From positions 2,088 to 66,087 of the forward strand of contig CADAYJ010000003.1 of NCBI GenBank assembly GCA_902792115.1: DNA of 64,000 bases, given 5' to 3'. Source of the stretch: an uncultured Ruminococcus sp. (GTDB lineage: Bacteria; Bacillota; Clostridia; Oscillospirales; Acutalibacteraceae). The notes beneath the pieces were generated by a model, which searched no databases, had not been told where the DNA came from, and was given only the letters and a program-made list of their open reading frames with translations. Positions within the stretch are counted from its first letter, which is position 1; each line of letters starts with the position of its first letter. This document shows, in pieces, positions 8,695-18,685 of the stretch. Made by a program: the position numbers and the translations under genes.

Positions 8695-9349
8695 CGCGCG
8701 CGCTGCCGCCGACAAGAATCTCGGCCTCGTCCACGCCGCCGCAAACCGCTTTCGCGGACGCGGGATCGAGTATGATGAGCTTTTTTCCGCGGGCTGCCTC
8801 GGACTTGTCAAGGCGTGCGACCGCTTTGACGAAAGCCGCGGCCTTTGCTTCTCGACATACGCCGTTCCGCTGATCCTCGGAGAGATAAAAAGTCTTTTCC
8901 GGAAGGGCGGCGCGCTGAAGGTGAGCAGAAGCCTGAAGGAGCTTTCCGTCAAGGTGAGCCGTGCGCGCAGCGATTACATAGCGCGCTTCGGCTGCGAGCC
9001 GACCGTCAGAGAGCTTTCCGCCCTCTCCGGGGTGAGTGAGGAGCAGACCGTCGAGGCGCTCTGCGCCTGCCGCCAGCCGCTCTCGCTGTCGTTCCCGTCC
9101 GCAGACGAGGATCCTCTGTCGGTCTGCGATATCCCCGTGGATTCCGGCGAGGAAAGGCTCGCGGAGCGGCTGAGCCTTCGCCAGGAGATAGAGCGTCTCC
9201 CGGAGGAAGACCGCCGCCTTATCGAGCTTCGGTACTTCCGCTCCCTGACGCAGAGCCAGACTGCCCGTATCCTTGGCACGTCTCAGGTACAGATATGCCG
9301 AAGGGAGAAGAAGATCCTTTCAACGCTGAGGGAACGCCTGAGTTACTGA
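8681..9349 (+). CDS. sigF: Sporulation sigma factor SigF
   Basis: Sigma-70 regions 2-4 are present: STYAVPLILGEIKSLFRKGGALKVSRSLKE and SQTQTARILGTSQVQICRREKK. It overlaps the spoIIAB end by 14 nt. Confidence 0.9.
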   Translation: MKTTDARAAADKNLGLVHAAANRFRGRGIEYDELFSAGCLGLVKACDRFDESRGLCFSTYAVPLILGEIKSLFRKGGALKVSRSLKELSVKVSRARSDYIARFGCEPTVRELSALSGVSEEQTVEALCACRQPLSLSFPSADEDPLSVCDIPVDSGEERLAERLSLRQEIERLPEEDRRLIELRYFRSLTQSQTARILGTSQVQICRREKKILSTLRERLSY

Positions 9350-11979
9350 GCGATCATGCCGGAAACGATATCGCCGGCCTGAGCGATAGCCTCGCCGATC
9401 TTTGACACGTCCTTAGCGCCCGCCATTGCCATCTCGGGCTTGCCGCCGCCGTTGCCGCCGGTGAGCTGTGCCACCGCCTTTGCGACAGCACCTGCCTTAA
9501 CGCCCGCCTTGACGGCTTCCTTCGTGCAGGCTGCCGCAAATGTGCCCTTGCCGCCGCTCCTGCCTGCGAGAACGACGATCGCCTTGCCGTTCCTGCTGAC
9601 GATCTTGTCGCAGACGCCGCGAAGCATACCGGCGTCCGCCTCCTCGAGAACGCCCGTAAAGATGCTGAATCCCTTTTCCTGCCTCTCGGAGGAAGCGATC
9701 TTGTCCACCATTACGGCAGCGAGCTTGTTCTCAAGCTCCTCGATCTTGCGGTCCTTCTCGCGGATCGTCTCCATCGTCTTTTCGCTGCCCTTTGTAAGCT
9801 CCCACGGATTCGGGATCTTGAGCGTGCGCGCCGACTCGCAGACGATATCCTCAACGCTCTCGAGGTATTCGAGCACGCCTGCGCCCGTTACAGCCTCGAT
9901 ACGTCTAACGCCGGCAGCGGCAGACGCCTCCGTCTTGATGTGGAACAGACCGAGCTTCGAGGTGTTGTTTACATGAGTACCGCCGCAAAGCTCGACAGAG
10001 AAGCTGCCGGCCTTTACGACTCTTACGATATCGCCGTACTTCTCGCCGAAGAGCGCCATTGCGCCCATTTTTCTCGCCTCTTCGATCGGCATCTCCCTGT
10101 TTTCGATCTCGATCGCCTCAAGGATCTTCTTGTTTACGAGATTCTCGACCTGCTTTATCTCCTCAGGAGTCATTGCGGAGAAGTGAGTAAAGTCGAAACG
10201 GAGCTTCTCGTCCGTGACGAGCTGACCTGCCTGCTCAACGTGAGTTCCGAGAACGGTGCGCAGAGCCGCCTGAAGGAGATGAGCGCCCGTGTGGTTTCTC
10301 ATGATAGCCTCGCGGCGATCCTCCTTGACACCGGCTTCAACGGCGCTTCCAACGCTCGCCATACCGCGCGTGATCTTCGCCTCGTGGAAGAAGATGCCGT
10401 TGTTGTTCTTCTTTGTATCTACGACGACTGCTTCAAAATCATCGCAGAAGATCGCGCCGGCGTCGCCGATCTGTCCGCCGCTCTCTGCGTAGAAGGGCGT
10501 TCTGTCGAGGATGATCACGACCTCGTCGCCCTCGTATGCAGCGTCTGCTCTCTGCTTGTCCTTGACGATAGCCGCGATCTTCGCGCTGCTCTTCATCTCG
10601 GTGTAGCCTGTGAATTCCGTCCCTGCGATATCGGAGAGATCAGTCGTATCGCTCACCCATGCGTCCGCGCCTGCGTTCTTTCTGGCTGCTCTCGCTCTCT
10701 TCTTCTGCTCGGAAAGAAGCTCGCGGAACCTGTTTTCGTCGATCTTGAAACCGTTGTCGGCAGCGATCTCCTTTGTGAGATCGACAGGGAAGCCGAACGT
10801 ATCGGAAAGGCGGAACGTATCCTCGCCGGAAATGATCTTCTTCGCGGAGGAGTCGATCAGATCTCTGAGGAGGTTCATGCCCTGCTCAACCGTCTTCGCG
10901 AAGTTCTCCTCCTCGATCTTGATGAGCTTTGTGATGAACTGCTCCTTCTCGCGCAGCTCGGGATAAGCGCCCTCGTTCTCCTTGATGACCGTGCCGCACA
11001 CCTTATAGAGGAAAGGCTCCTTTACGCCGAGCATTCTGCCGTGGCGCGCAGCTCTTCTGAGCAGGCGGCGAAGGACGTAGCCCTTGCCCTCGTTGGAGGG
11101 CATAACGCCGTCGCTGATCATAAATGTCGTTGAGCGGATATGATCCGTGATAACGCGCAGCGAAATATCCTTCTTCTCGTCCTCGCCGTACTTTACGCCG
11201 GTGATCTCGCTGATGTGCTTCATGATATTCTGAACGGTATCGACCAGGAACAGGTTGTCAACGCCCTGCATTACGCACGCGAGGCGTTCAAGTCCCATAC
11301 CGGTGTCGATATTCGGGTGATCGAGCGGAGTGTACGTACCCTTGCCGTCGGAATCAAACTGTGTGAACACGAGGTTCCACACCTCGACGTAGCGGTCGCA
11401 GTCGCAGCCGACGCCGCAGGTGGGCTTGCCGCAGCCCTTTTCCTCGCCGCGGTCGAAGTAGATCTCGGAGCAGGGACCGCAGGGGCCGGAGCCGTGCTCC
11501 CAGAAATTATCCTCCTTGCCGAGCTTTACCATGTGAGAGGGATCCACGCCGCGGCGCTTCGTCCAGATCTCCATAGCCTCGTCGTCGCCCTCGTAAACGG
11601 AGATATAGAGCTTCTCCTTCGGCATTTTGAGAACCTCGGTGAAAAACTCCCACGCCCATGTGGTAGCCTCCTCCTTGAAGTAGTCGCCGAACGAGAAGTT
11701 GCCGAGCATCTCAAAATACGTGCCGTGGCGCGCTGTGATGCCGACGCGCTCGATATCGGGCGTTCTGATGCACTTCTGGCACGTTGTAACGCGCTTTCTC
11801 GGCGGAGTCACCTCGCCAGTGAAATACTTCTTCATCGGCGCCATACCGGAGTTGATGAGAAGCAGGCTCGCGTCGTCCTTCGGCGGCACAAGCGAGAAGC
11901 TCTTTAATCTTAAATGCCCCTTCGATTCAAAGAAGCTGAGGTACTTTTCTCTGAGTTCGTTTAAACCCGTCCATTCCAT
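9343..11979 (-). CDS. alaS: Alanine--tRNA ligase
   Basis: 878 aa. N-terminus reads LREKYLSFFESKGHLRLKSFSLVP. Contains GMGLERL, the editing-domain HTGAHLL and CGGTHV motifs, and a C-terminal DHHA1-like tail. Confidence 0.97.
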   Translation of the reverse strand: MEWTGLNELREKYLSFFESKGHLRLKSFSLVPPKDDASLLLINSGMAPMKKYFTGEVTPPRKRVTTCQKCIRTPDIERVGITARHGTYFEMLGNFSFGDYFKEEATTWAWEFFTEVLKMPKEKLYISVYEGDDEAMEIWTKRRGVDPSHMVKLGKEDNFWEHGSGPCGPCSEIYFDRGEEKGCGKPTCGVGCDCDRYVEVWNLVFTQFDSDGKGTYTPLDHPNIDTGMGLERLACVMQGVDNLFLVDTVQNIMKHISEITGVKYGEDEKKDISLRVITDHIRSTTFMISDGVMPSNEGKGYVLRRLLRRAARHGRMLGVKEPFLYKVCGTVIKENEGAYPELREKEQFITKLIKIEEENFAKTVEQGMNLLRDLIDSSAKKIISGEDTFRLSDTFGFPVDLTKEIAADNGFKIDENRFRELLSEQKKRARAARKNAGADAWVSDTTDLSDIAGTEFTGYTEMKSSAKIAAIVKDKQRADAAYEGDEVVIILDRTPFYAESGGQIGDAGAIFCDDFEAVVVDTKKNNNGIFFHEAKITRGMASVGSAVEAGVKEDRREAIMRNHTGAHLLQAALRTVLGTHVEQAGQLVTDEKLRFDFTHFSAMTPEEIKQVENLVNKKILEAIEIENREMPIEEARKMGAMALFGEKYGDIVRVVKAGSFSVELCGGTHVNNTSKLGLFHIKTEASAAAGVRRIEAVTGAGVLEYLESVEDIVCESARTLKIPNPWELTKGSEKTMETIREKDRKIEELENKLAAVMVDKIASSERQEKGFSIFTGVLEEADAGMLRGVCDKIVSRNGKAIVVLAGRSGGKGTFAAACTKEAVKAGVKAGAVAKAVAQLTGGNGGGKPEMAMAGAKDVSKIGEAIAQAGDIVSGMIAQ

Positions 11980-12021
11980 GATGATCGTTTCTCCTTACAA
12001 AGTTTTGTTCTGCAAAAATAA

Positions 12022-12254
12022 AAAAAGCCCCGGAAAGCCGCAAAGCTCTCCGGGACGATAACTCTCATTACCGCGGTACCACCCTGATTATACACGATAT
12101 CCGCATATCTCTCTTGACATCCCTTAACGCGGGAAACGCCGCACTTTCATGCGGAGACTCCGAGGCAGCCGCCAGCCACTATCGCAAGGGCTTACACCGA
12201 CCGCCCTCTCTCTGCGCCGAATCATGACTGATCCTTCTCTTCACCGTCCGTATT
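12022..12254 (-). promoter_or_regulatory. T-box riboswitch leader of alaS
   Basis: Minus strand contains the conserved T-box sequence AATCAGGGTGGTACCGCGG (plus-strand coordinates 12071-12090). It is followed by terminator CCCGGA-N14-TCCGGG + T7 (12019-12056). The upstream stem I region contains an AGAGA motif and a possible GCU specifier (GTGGCTGGC). Confidence 0.85.
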
Positions 12255-12260
12255 GGAATA

Positions 12261-12289
12261 ATTATATAATTATTCTGCACGAATGTCAA
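12261..12289 (-). promoter_or_regulatory. Sigma-A promoter of the alaS T-box leader
   Basis: Minus strand TTGACA-17 nt-TATAAT, perfect consensus. Confidence 0.7.
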
Positions 12290-12457
12290 TAGAGTTTTTT
12301 GTTGAAAAATCCCCGCGCGCGGACTTTTATTTTTGTGTTTTTCGATCATACGATATTTTTCTTGTAAACTTCTCCATAATGTGATATTATAGAAATGTAT
12401 CTGATCAGCAACAACTACGGCATATTTGCCCGGAAGCATAAAAGGAGGAATTTCCAG

Positions 12458-13489
12458 ATGGGATTATTTGACAAGTTCTCAAAGAAGAAGGCAGACGACG
12501 AGACGGAGAACACCGAACAGACCGCTGCCGAAAACGAGGCAGAAAAGGAAACGGAGGCAGAGGAAGCGGACGCAGCCGAGACCGAGGAAAAAGAGCCGGA
12601 AGCAAAGGCGGAGGCGAAGGAGGAAGCAGAAGCAAAGGCGCAGCCGGAGAGGAAGGAGCCGGAGCGAAAGGAAATGCCGGCAAAGGCGTACCCCACCCCG
12701 GAGAGCAGCCAGAGAACGCGCTTTACGCTCGTGGTAGAGAACGTGTTCGCCGTTGACGGCAGCGTCGTATGCGTCGGAAATCTGCACGGCCGCATCAGCA
12801 AGGGCGACAGCTTTTTCCTGATCCACCCGAAGTACCCTGCGGGTATCCTCGCGAATGCCGATACTCTTGTTGTCGGCGAGGAAACTCCCGAATTCGCGGA
12901 GAACTGCCGCGTCGCCGTCAAGACGTCCGCCGTTGACGATCCGAAGGAGGTACCGAAATACACGGTGCTGTCGAACGTCGCTCCGCAGGTTCGCCCCGAT
13001 CCGAGCAAGCCGCTCGAAAACCCGTTCCTTGTCGGCCTTACGTGCGAATACAACCGCTTCGTGAAGGACAGCGAATTTACATACACGTTCATGGCAGGGC
13101 TTCTCACGGCTCGCTATATCACGCCTGCCGATATGCAGCTCGAAGCTCCCGACGAGAACGGCAGGACGGCCGTCAAGAACTCGAAGATCTCGTTCAAGCT
13201 GCTTCGCAACCCGAACGATCCGAAGACTCTCGCGCTGCCGATCTTCACCGATATGGCGGCTCTCAGGCTCTGGAAGGGCGCTCTCGACGGCACTCCCGAC
13301 GGCGAGAAGCCGAAGACTCTGCTGATGCCGTTTGAGCGCTGCGCCGAGATCGGCCTCAAAAACAGCGGCGTTGTAATCAATCCGTTCGGCCCCGCTCCCG
13401 TTCTCATAAACAATATGAACATTCAGAACACGCTCAACCTCGGCAAGCAGGCTCTTGCAAAGCAGAAGGAGCTTGAAGAAAAGAAATAA
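12458..13489 (+). CDS. SseB-like domain protein with an acidic E/A/K-rich N-terminal region
   Basis: ATG at 12458 is preceded by AAAGGAGG. The first ~80 aa are a low-complexity ETE/AEAK region. The C-terminal part (LALPIFTDMAALRLWKG...GVVINPFGPAPVLI) resembles the SseB family. The middle part looks like a small beta-barrel. The track start at 12395 is unlikely. Confidence 0.6.
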   Translation: MGLFDKFSKKKADDETENTEQTAAENEAEKETEAEEADAAETEEKEPEAKAEAKEEAEAKAQPERKEPERKEMPAKAYPTPESSQRTRFTLVVENVFAVDGSVVCVGNLHGRISKGDSFFLIHPKYPAGILANADTLVVGEETPEFAENCRVAVKTSAVDDPKEVPKYTVLSNVAPQVRPDPSKPLENPFLVGLTCEYNRFVKDSEFTYTFMAGLLTARYITPADMQLEAPDENGRTAVKNSKISFKLLRNPNDPKTLALPIFTDMAALRLWKGALDGTPDGEKPKTLLMPFERCAEIGLKNSGVVINPFGPAPVLINNMNIQNTLNLGKQALAKQKELEEKK

Positions 13490-13661
13490 GCTGCCGCAGA
13501 CCGGTGCAAAAATTTCAAATTCAAAATTCAGTACAGAGAATTGCGCAACACTCCGTGGCTTTTCACAGCAGATTTATGCAGGGGGCTTTCCGTTCCGGCG
13601 CGGCTGCCGGTTCGGACGGTGTTTCTGCGTTCGGCAGCTAAACTTTTAAACATTTTCAAAG

Positions 13662-13729
13662 AAAAAAATAAAACCGATAGACGCGACTTGTCTCCGCAGC
13701 AGACATTCGTATCTATCGGTTCTTTTTTC
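13662..13729. terminator. Bidirectional terminator between the SseB-like gene and the hydrolase gene
   Basis: AACCGATAGA (13672-13681) pairs with TCTATCGGTT (13712-13721). It is flanked by an A-run upstream and T6 downstream, with an inner GTCT/AGAC extension. Confidence 0.65.
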
Positions 13730-13782
13730 AGCCGGTTGGTTTTTACGTCCTCGGTTCCGGGTGACAGCTTCACTGCCTGCGA

Positions 13783-14730
13783 TTATCCGGCAGCCGATGC
13801 AGCAGCCTGTTTGCAAAGCCACGTCAGGATATCTTCGATCACGGCACAGGTGCAGTATTCATGCAGAAGCTCGTGCCGCGCAGCGCGGTACAGCTTGAAC
13901 GCAGCGCTGCCGGGCGACACTGCCTCGATACGCTTGTACACCTCGAGAGCGCCCTTGCCGAAATTGCCGAGCGGATCGTTCTCGCCGGAGATGATGAGCG
14001 CCGGAAGTCCGCGCCGGTAGTTTTCAAACCAACTGTCTTCACTGCACATCATGCACAGCCGCACGACGTCGTTCATCGCTCCGACGGAGTAAGTGAAATT
14101 AAAGAGAGGATCGTTCTCGTGCTCCGCGATCACGTCGCGGTCCGTCGATAACCAGGAGTAATCGCGCGCTTCCTTGCGGAACGCCGCGTTGAATATGTCA
14201 TAGAAAATTCGCTGCGCCGACTCCGAGCGGTGCTCGCCGCCCTGAACGAGGCTCTTAACGTCCGTGACGGCGATGCCGAGATGCGCCGCCCTTTGCACTC
14301 CGGACGTTCCGGCGAGGATCAGACCGTCCGCCATTTCCGGAAAGCGCTCGCTGCATATGCGCGCCGTGAAGCTGCCCATGCTGTGGCCGAAGAGAAAGTG
14401 CGGAACGCCCTTGTAATCGGGGAGGAATTCCTTTGAAAACTCATGAGCATCGCTTATCAGAAGCTGCGCTCCGTTTTCGTCCGCGATAAAGCCCAGCCCC
14501 TCCGCGCCGCCTGCCGTTTTGCCGTGGCCGAGCTGATCGAAGCAGAACGCGGCAAAGCCGTTTTCGGCAAGCCTTGACATAAAGACGTCATACAGCTCGA
14601 TATGCTCGCACATACCATGGATAATCTGCACAGTCGCTTTGACCGTACCTATCGGGATATATATAACGCCGTTGAGCGTGTGGACGCCGTCGCAGCTTTT
14701 TATTGAGTGCGGGTATTTGATAAATCTCAC
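13783..14730 (-). CDS. Alpha/beta hydrolase (lysophospholipase / monoacylglycerol lipase-like)
   Basis: Nucleophile elbow GHSMGS, HGMCEH oxyanion-region motif, and a C-terminal His (ARHELLHE). 315 aa. Confidence 0.8.
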   Translation of the reverse strand: MRFIKYPHSIKSCDGVHTLNGVIYIPIGTVKATVQIIHGMCEHIELYDVFMSRLAENGFAAFCFDQLGHGKTAGGAEGLGFIADENGAQLLISDAHEFSKEFLPDYKGVPHFLFGHSMGSFTARICSERFPEMADGLILAGTSGVQRAAHLGIAVTDVKSLVQGGEHRSESAQRIFYDIFNAAFRKEARDYSWLSTDRDVIAEHENDPLFNFTYSVGAMNDVVRLCMMCSEDSWFENYRRGLPALIISGENDPLGNFGKGALEVYKRIEAVSPGSAAFKLYRAARHELLHEYCTCAVIEDILTWLCKQAAASAAG

Positions 14731-14747
14731 TTCGGCAGCTCCCTTCG

Positions 14748-15035
14748 CTAATACAAAGCATTGAATACACCGAATAATATAAGCCCTGCTGCAAACGGCG
14801 CAGCCTGAAAAAGAAGCGTCTCCTTTTTTCCGAATTTACCGTATTTCTTTATCGGGATATTCGGCAGCAGAAGCATATCGAGCCATACGGCAAGGCAAAA
14901 CAGTCCCATCCCTGCGCTGTGGTCGGGATTATCGGCTTCAAACATGAACGCGAAGCAGACCGCAGCCGCCCAGAGCGCGGAGCAGCCCTCGAAAAAATTT
15001 ACGAGGATCGAAACGACCTTCATAATGCCCGTCAT
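14748..15035 (-). CDS. Small hypothetical membrane protein (95 aa, about 3 TM segments)
   Basis: An ORF with three hydrophobic stretches, tightly packed between glnS and the hydrolase gene on the same strand. No recognisable family. Confidence 0.45.
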   Translation of the reverse strand: MTGIMKVVSILVNFFEGCSALWAAAVCFAFMFEADNPDHSAGMGLFCLAVWLDMLLLPNIPIKKYGKFGKKETLLFQAAPFAAGLILFGVFNALY

Positions 15036-15050
15036 TCAGCCGCTCCTCAT

Positions 15051-16721
<1,671 letters not shown>

Positions 16722-16811
16722 TTATGTTCATTCCTCTCCCGGATATTTTTTTACGAATAATTCAGGGCTTCTTTTGCCACTCTGCGCTCAAAGGGAACAT
16801 CGCTGCTCACT

Positions 16812-18269
16812 TCATGCGTTAAGCATTTCAAGCCCCTTTTCCATTCTCGAAAGCGACTCCTCGCGGCCGAGGATCTCCAGTATCTCGATAGCGCCGCCGG
16901 GCGTGACCTTTCTGCCTGCCGCAGCGATACGAACCGGCCACATCACCGTGCCGTTCTTTACGCCGAGCTTCTCAGCGAGGGAGATCAGGCAGTCGTGGAT
17001 GGCGTCGTGCTCCCACGACGGGAGAGCCTTGAGCTCGTCGTACGCCGCCTTGAGCATGACGGGGGCGTTTTCGGCGTTCGTCTTGCTCTTTTTGTTGATG
17101 TACAGCTCGCTGTCGTATTCGGGGAGCTGCGCGAAGAAATCTATCGCCTCTGGGATCTGAGTCAGCTTCGTTGTGCGCTGCTGGAGGATCGCCGCGATCC
17201 TGAGCGTGTCGAGCGGCTTGTCGCCTATCGCCTGCCTGATATACGGCAGCGCCGTCTGCTCAAACTGCTCCGTCGTCATAGCCTTGATGTACTCGCCGTT
17301 AAACCACTCGAGCTTCGCGTAATCGAAGATCGCCGGCGACTTGCTGATTCGGTCGATCGAAAACTCCTTTTCAAGCTCGGAGAGCGTGAACATCTCGTTG
17401 TTGTCCTTCGGGCACCAGCCGAGAAGCGCGATATAGTTGATCACAGCCTCGGGAAGGTAGCCCTCCTTCATAAGGTCGCCGAAATTTGTCGAGCCGTGGC
17501 GCTTTGAGAGCTTGGAGACGGAGCCGTCCTCGTTTTTGCCCATGATGAGCGGCAGGTGGACGTACGTCGGGATCTCCCAACCGAACGCTTCGTAGAGAAG
17601 GTTGTACTTCGGCGTGGACGAGAGATACTCGTTGCCTCTTACGACGTGCGTGATGCCCATGAGGTGGTCGTCTATTACGTTTGCAAAGTTGTATGTGGGG
17701 TAGCCGTCCGTCTTGATGAGGATCTGATCCTGAAGCTCCTCGTTCGGAGCCGTGATCTCGCCGAAAACGGCGTCCGTGAACGACGTGGAGCCGGTCAGCG
17801 GCATTTTCTGGCGAATAACGTAGGGAGTACCCTCGGCAAGCAAGCGGTCGATCTCCTCCTGAGGCAGGTCGCGGCAGTGACGGTCGTAGCCGCCGTTTGC
17901 GAACTCCTCCGTTTCCTTGAGCGCTTCAAGGCGCTCCTTTGTGCAGAAGCAGCGGTAAGCGCAGCCGCTTTCGATCAGCTTCTCCGCGAACGGACGATAC
18001 ATATCCCTGCGCTCGCTCTGAACGTACGGGCCGTATTCGCCGCCGACGTCCGGGCCTTCGTCGTGTTTGAGGCCGGCTGCTCTGAGCGTTTCGTAGATGA
18101 TGTCAACGGCGCCCTCAACGTAGCGCTCCTGGTCCGTGTCTTCAATGCGCAGCACAAAATCGCCGCCCTGTGATTTCGCGATAAGGTACTCATACAGAGC
18201 CGTTCTGAGGTTGCCAACGTGCATGGAACCGGTCGGGCTGGGCGCGTAACGTGTTCTGACTTTTTTCAT
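16812..18269 (-). CDS. gltX: Glutamate--tRNA ligase
   Basis: RTRYAPSPTGSMHVGNLRTALYEYL (HIGH-type) and KLSKRHG (KMSKS). 485 aa. Confidence 0.95.
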   Translation of the reverse strand: MKKVRTRYAPSPTGSMHVGNLRTALYEYLIAKSQGGDFVLRIEDTDQERYVEGAVDIIYETLRAAGLKHDEGPDVGGEYGPYVQSERRDMYRPFAEKLIESGCAYRCFCTKERLEALKETEEFANGGYDRHCRDLPQEEIDRLLAEGTPYVIRQKMPLTGSTSFTDAVFGEITAPNEELQDQILIKTDGYPTYNFANVIDDHLMGITHVVRGNEYLSSTPKYNLLYEAFGWEIPTYVHLPLIMGKNEDGSVSKLSKRHGSTNFGDLMKEGYLPEAVINYIALLGWCPKDNNEMFTLSELEKEFSIDRISKSPAIFDYAKLEWFNGEYIKAMTTEQFEQTALPYIRQAIGDKPLDTLRIAAILQQRTTKLTQIPEAIDFFAQLPEYDSELYINKKSKTNAENAPVMLKAAYDELKALPSWEHDAIHDCLISLAEKLGVKNGTVMWPVRIAAAGRKVTPGGAIEILEILGREESLSRMEKGLEMLNA

Positions 18270-18355
18270 AGATCGTACATCTCCCTGTTATTGCTGAATT
18301 GGCATCGGCAAAGCTCCGACACCGCTTGCTGACTCCAAAAGTCGTGTTTCTCCTT

Positions 18356-18384
18356 ATTATAGCACAAAGCGGCAAAAAATCCAA
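18356..18384 (-). promoter_or_regulatory. Sigma-A-type promoter of gltX-glnS
   Basis: Minus strand TTGGAT-17 nt-TATAAT with a TG(C) extended -10, about 85 nt upstream of the gltX ATG. Confidence 0.55.
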
Positions 18385-18547
18385 TACAATTTTGAATATA
18401 CGTGATTTTTTGCATATTTGCACGCTTTTCACCCGGTATATTCTCATATCAATCTGATAAAAAAATACAAAAATTTCGCCGCCGAGCCGGAATATTAAGG
18501 GTATTTATCGAATTTTTCGGTTTAACCGCCGAAATTGTAAGATTTAT

Positions 18548-18576
18548 TTGTAATTTTTTCGGTTTTGTGGTAAAAT
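18548..18576 (+). promoter_or_regulatory. Sigma-A-type promoter of hom-thrB-lysC
   Basis: TTGTAA-17 nt-TAAAAT with a TGG extended -10. The leader to the hom ATG is about 100 nt. Confidence 0.5.
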
Positions 18577-18685
18577 TAGAACGATTAATTTTAGGAGCCT
18601 CCGGGGAGCTGCGCTGCTATCGCTTCACCGCGCTGATGTGCCGGCGTACCGGGCGTTTCCGTGAATAGTTAGGGGCATAGTTAAG

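Noticed and set aside
12480-12700. Highly repetitive purine-rich (GAA/GCA/AAG) stretch that could look like a repeat array.
   Set aside because: It is in frame within the SseB-like gene and encodes an E/A/K low-complexity linker. There is no repeat-spacer periodicity and no flanking cas genes. No CRISPR-like array was seen anywhere in the window.
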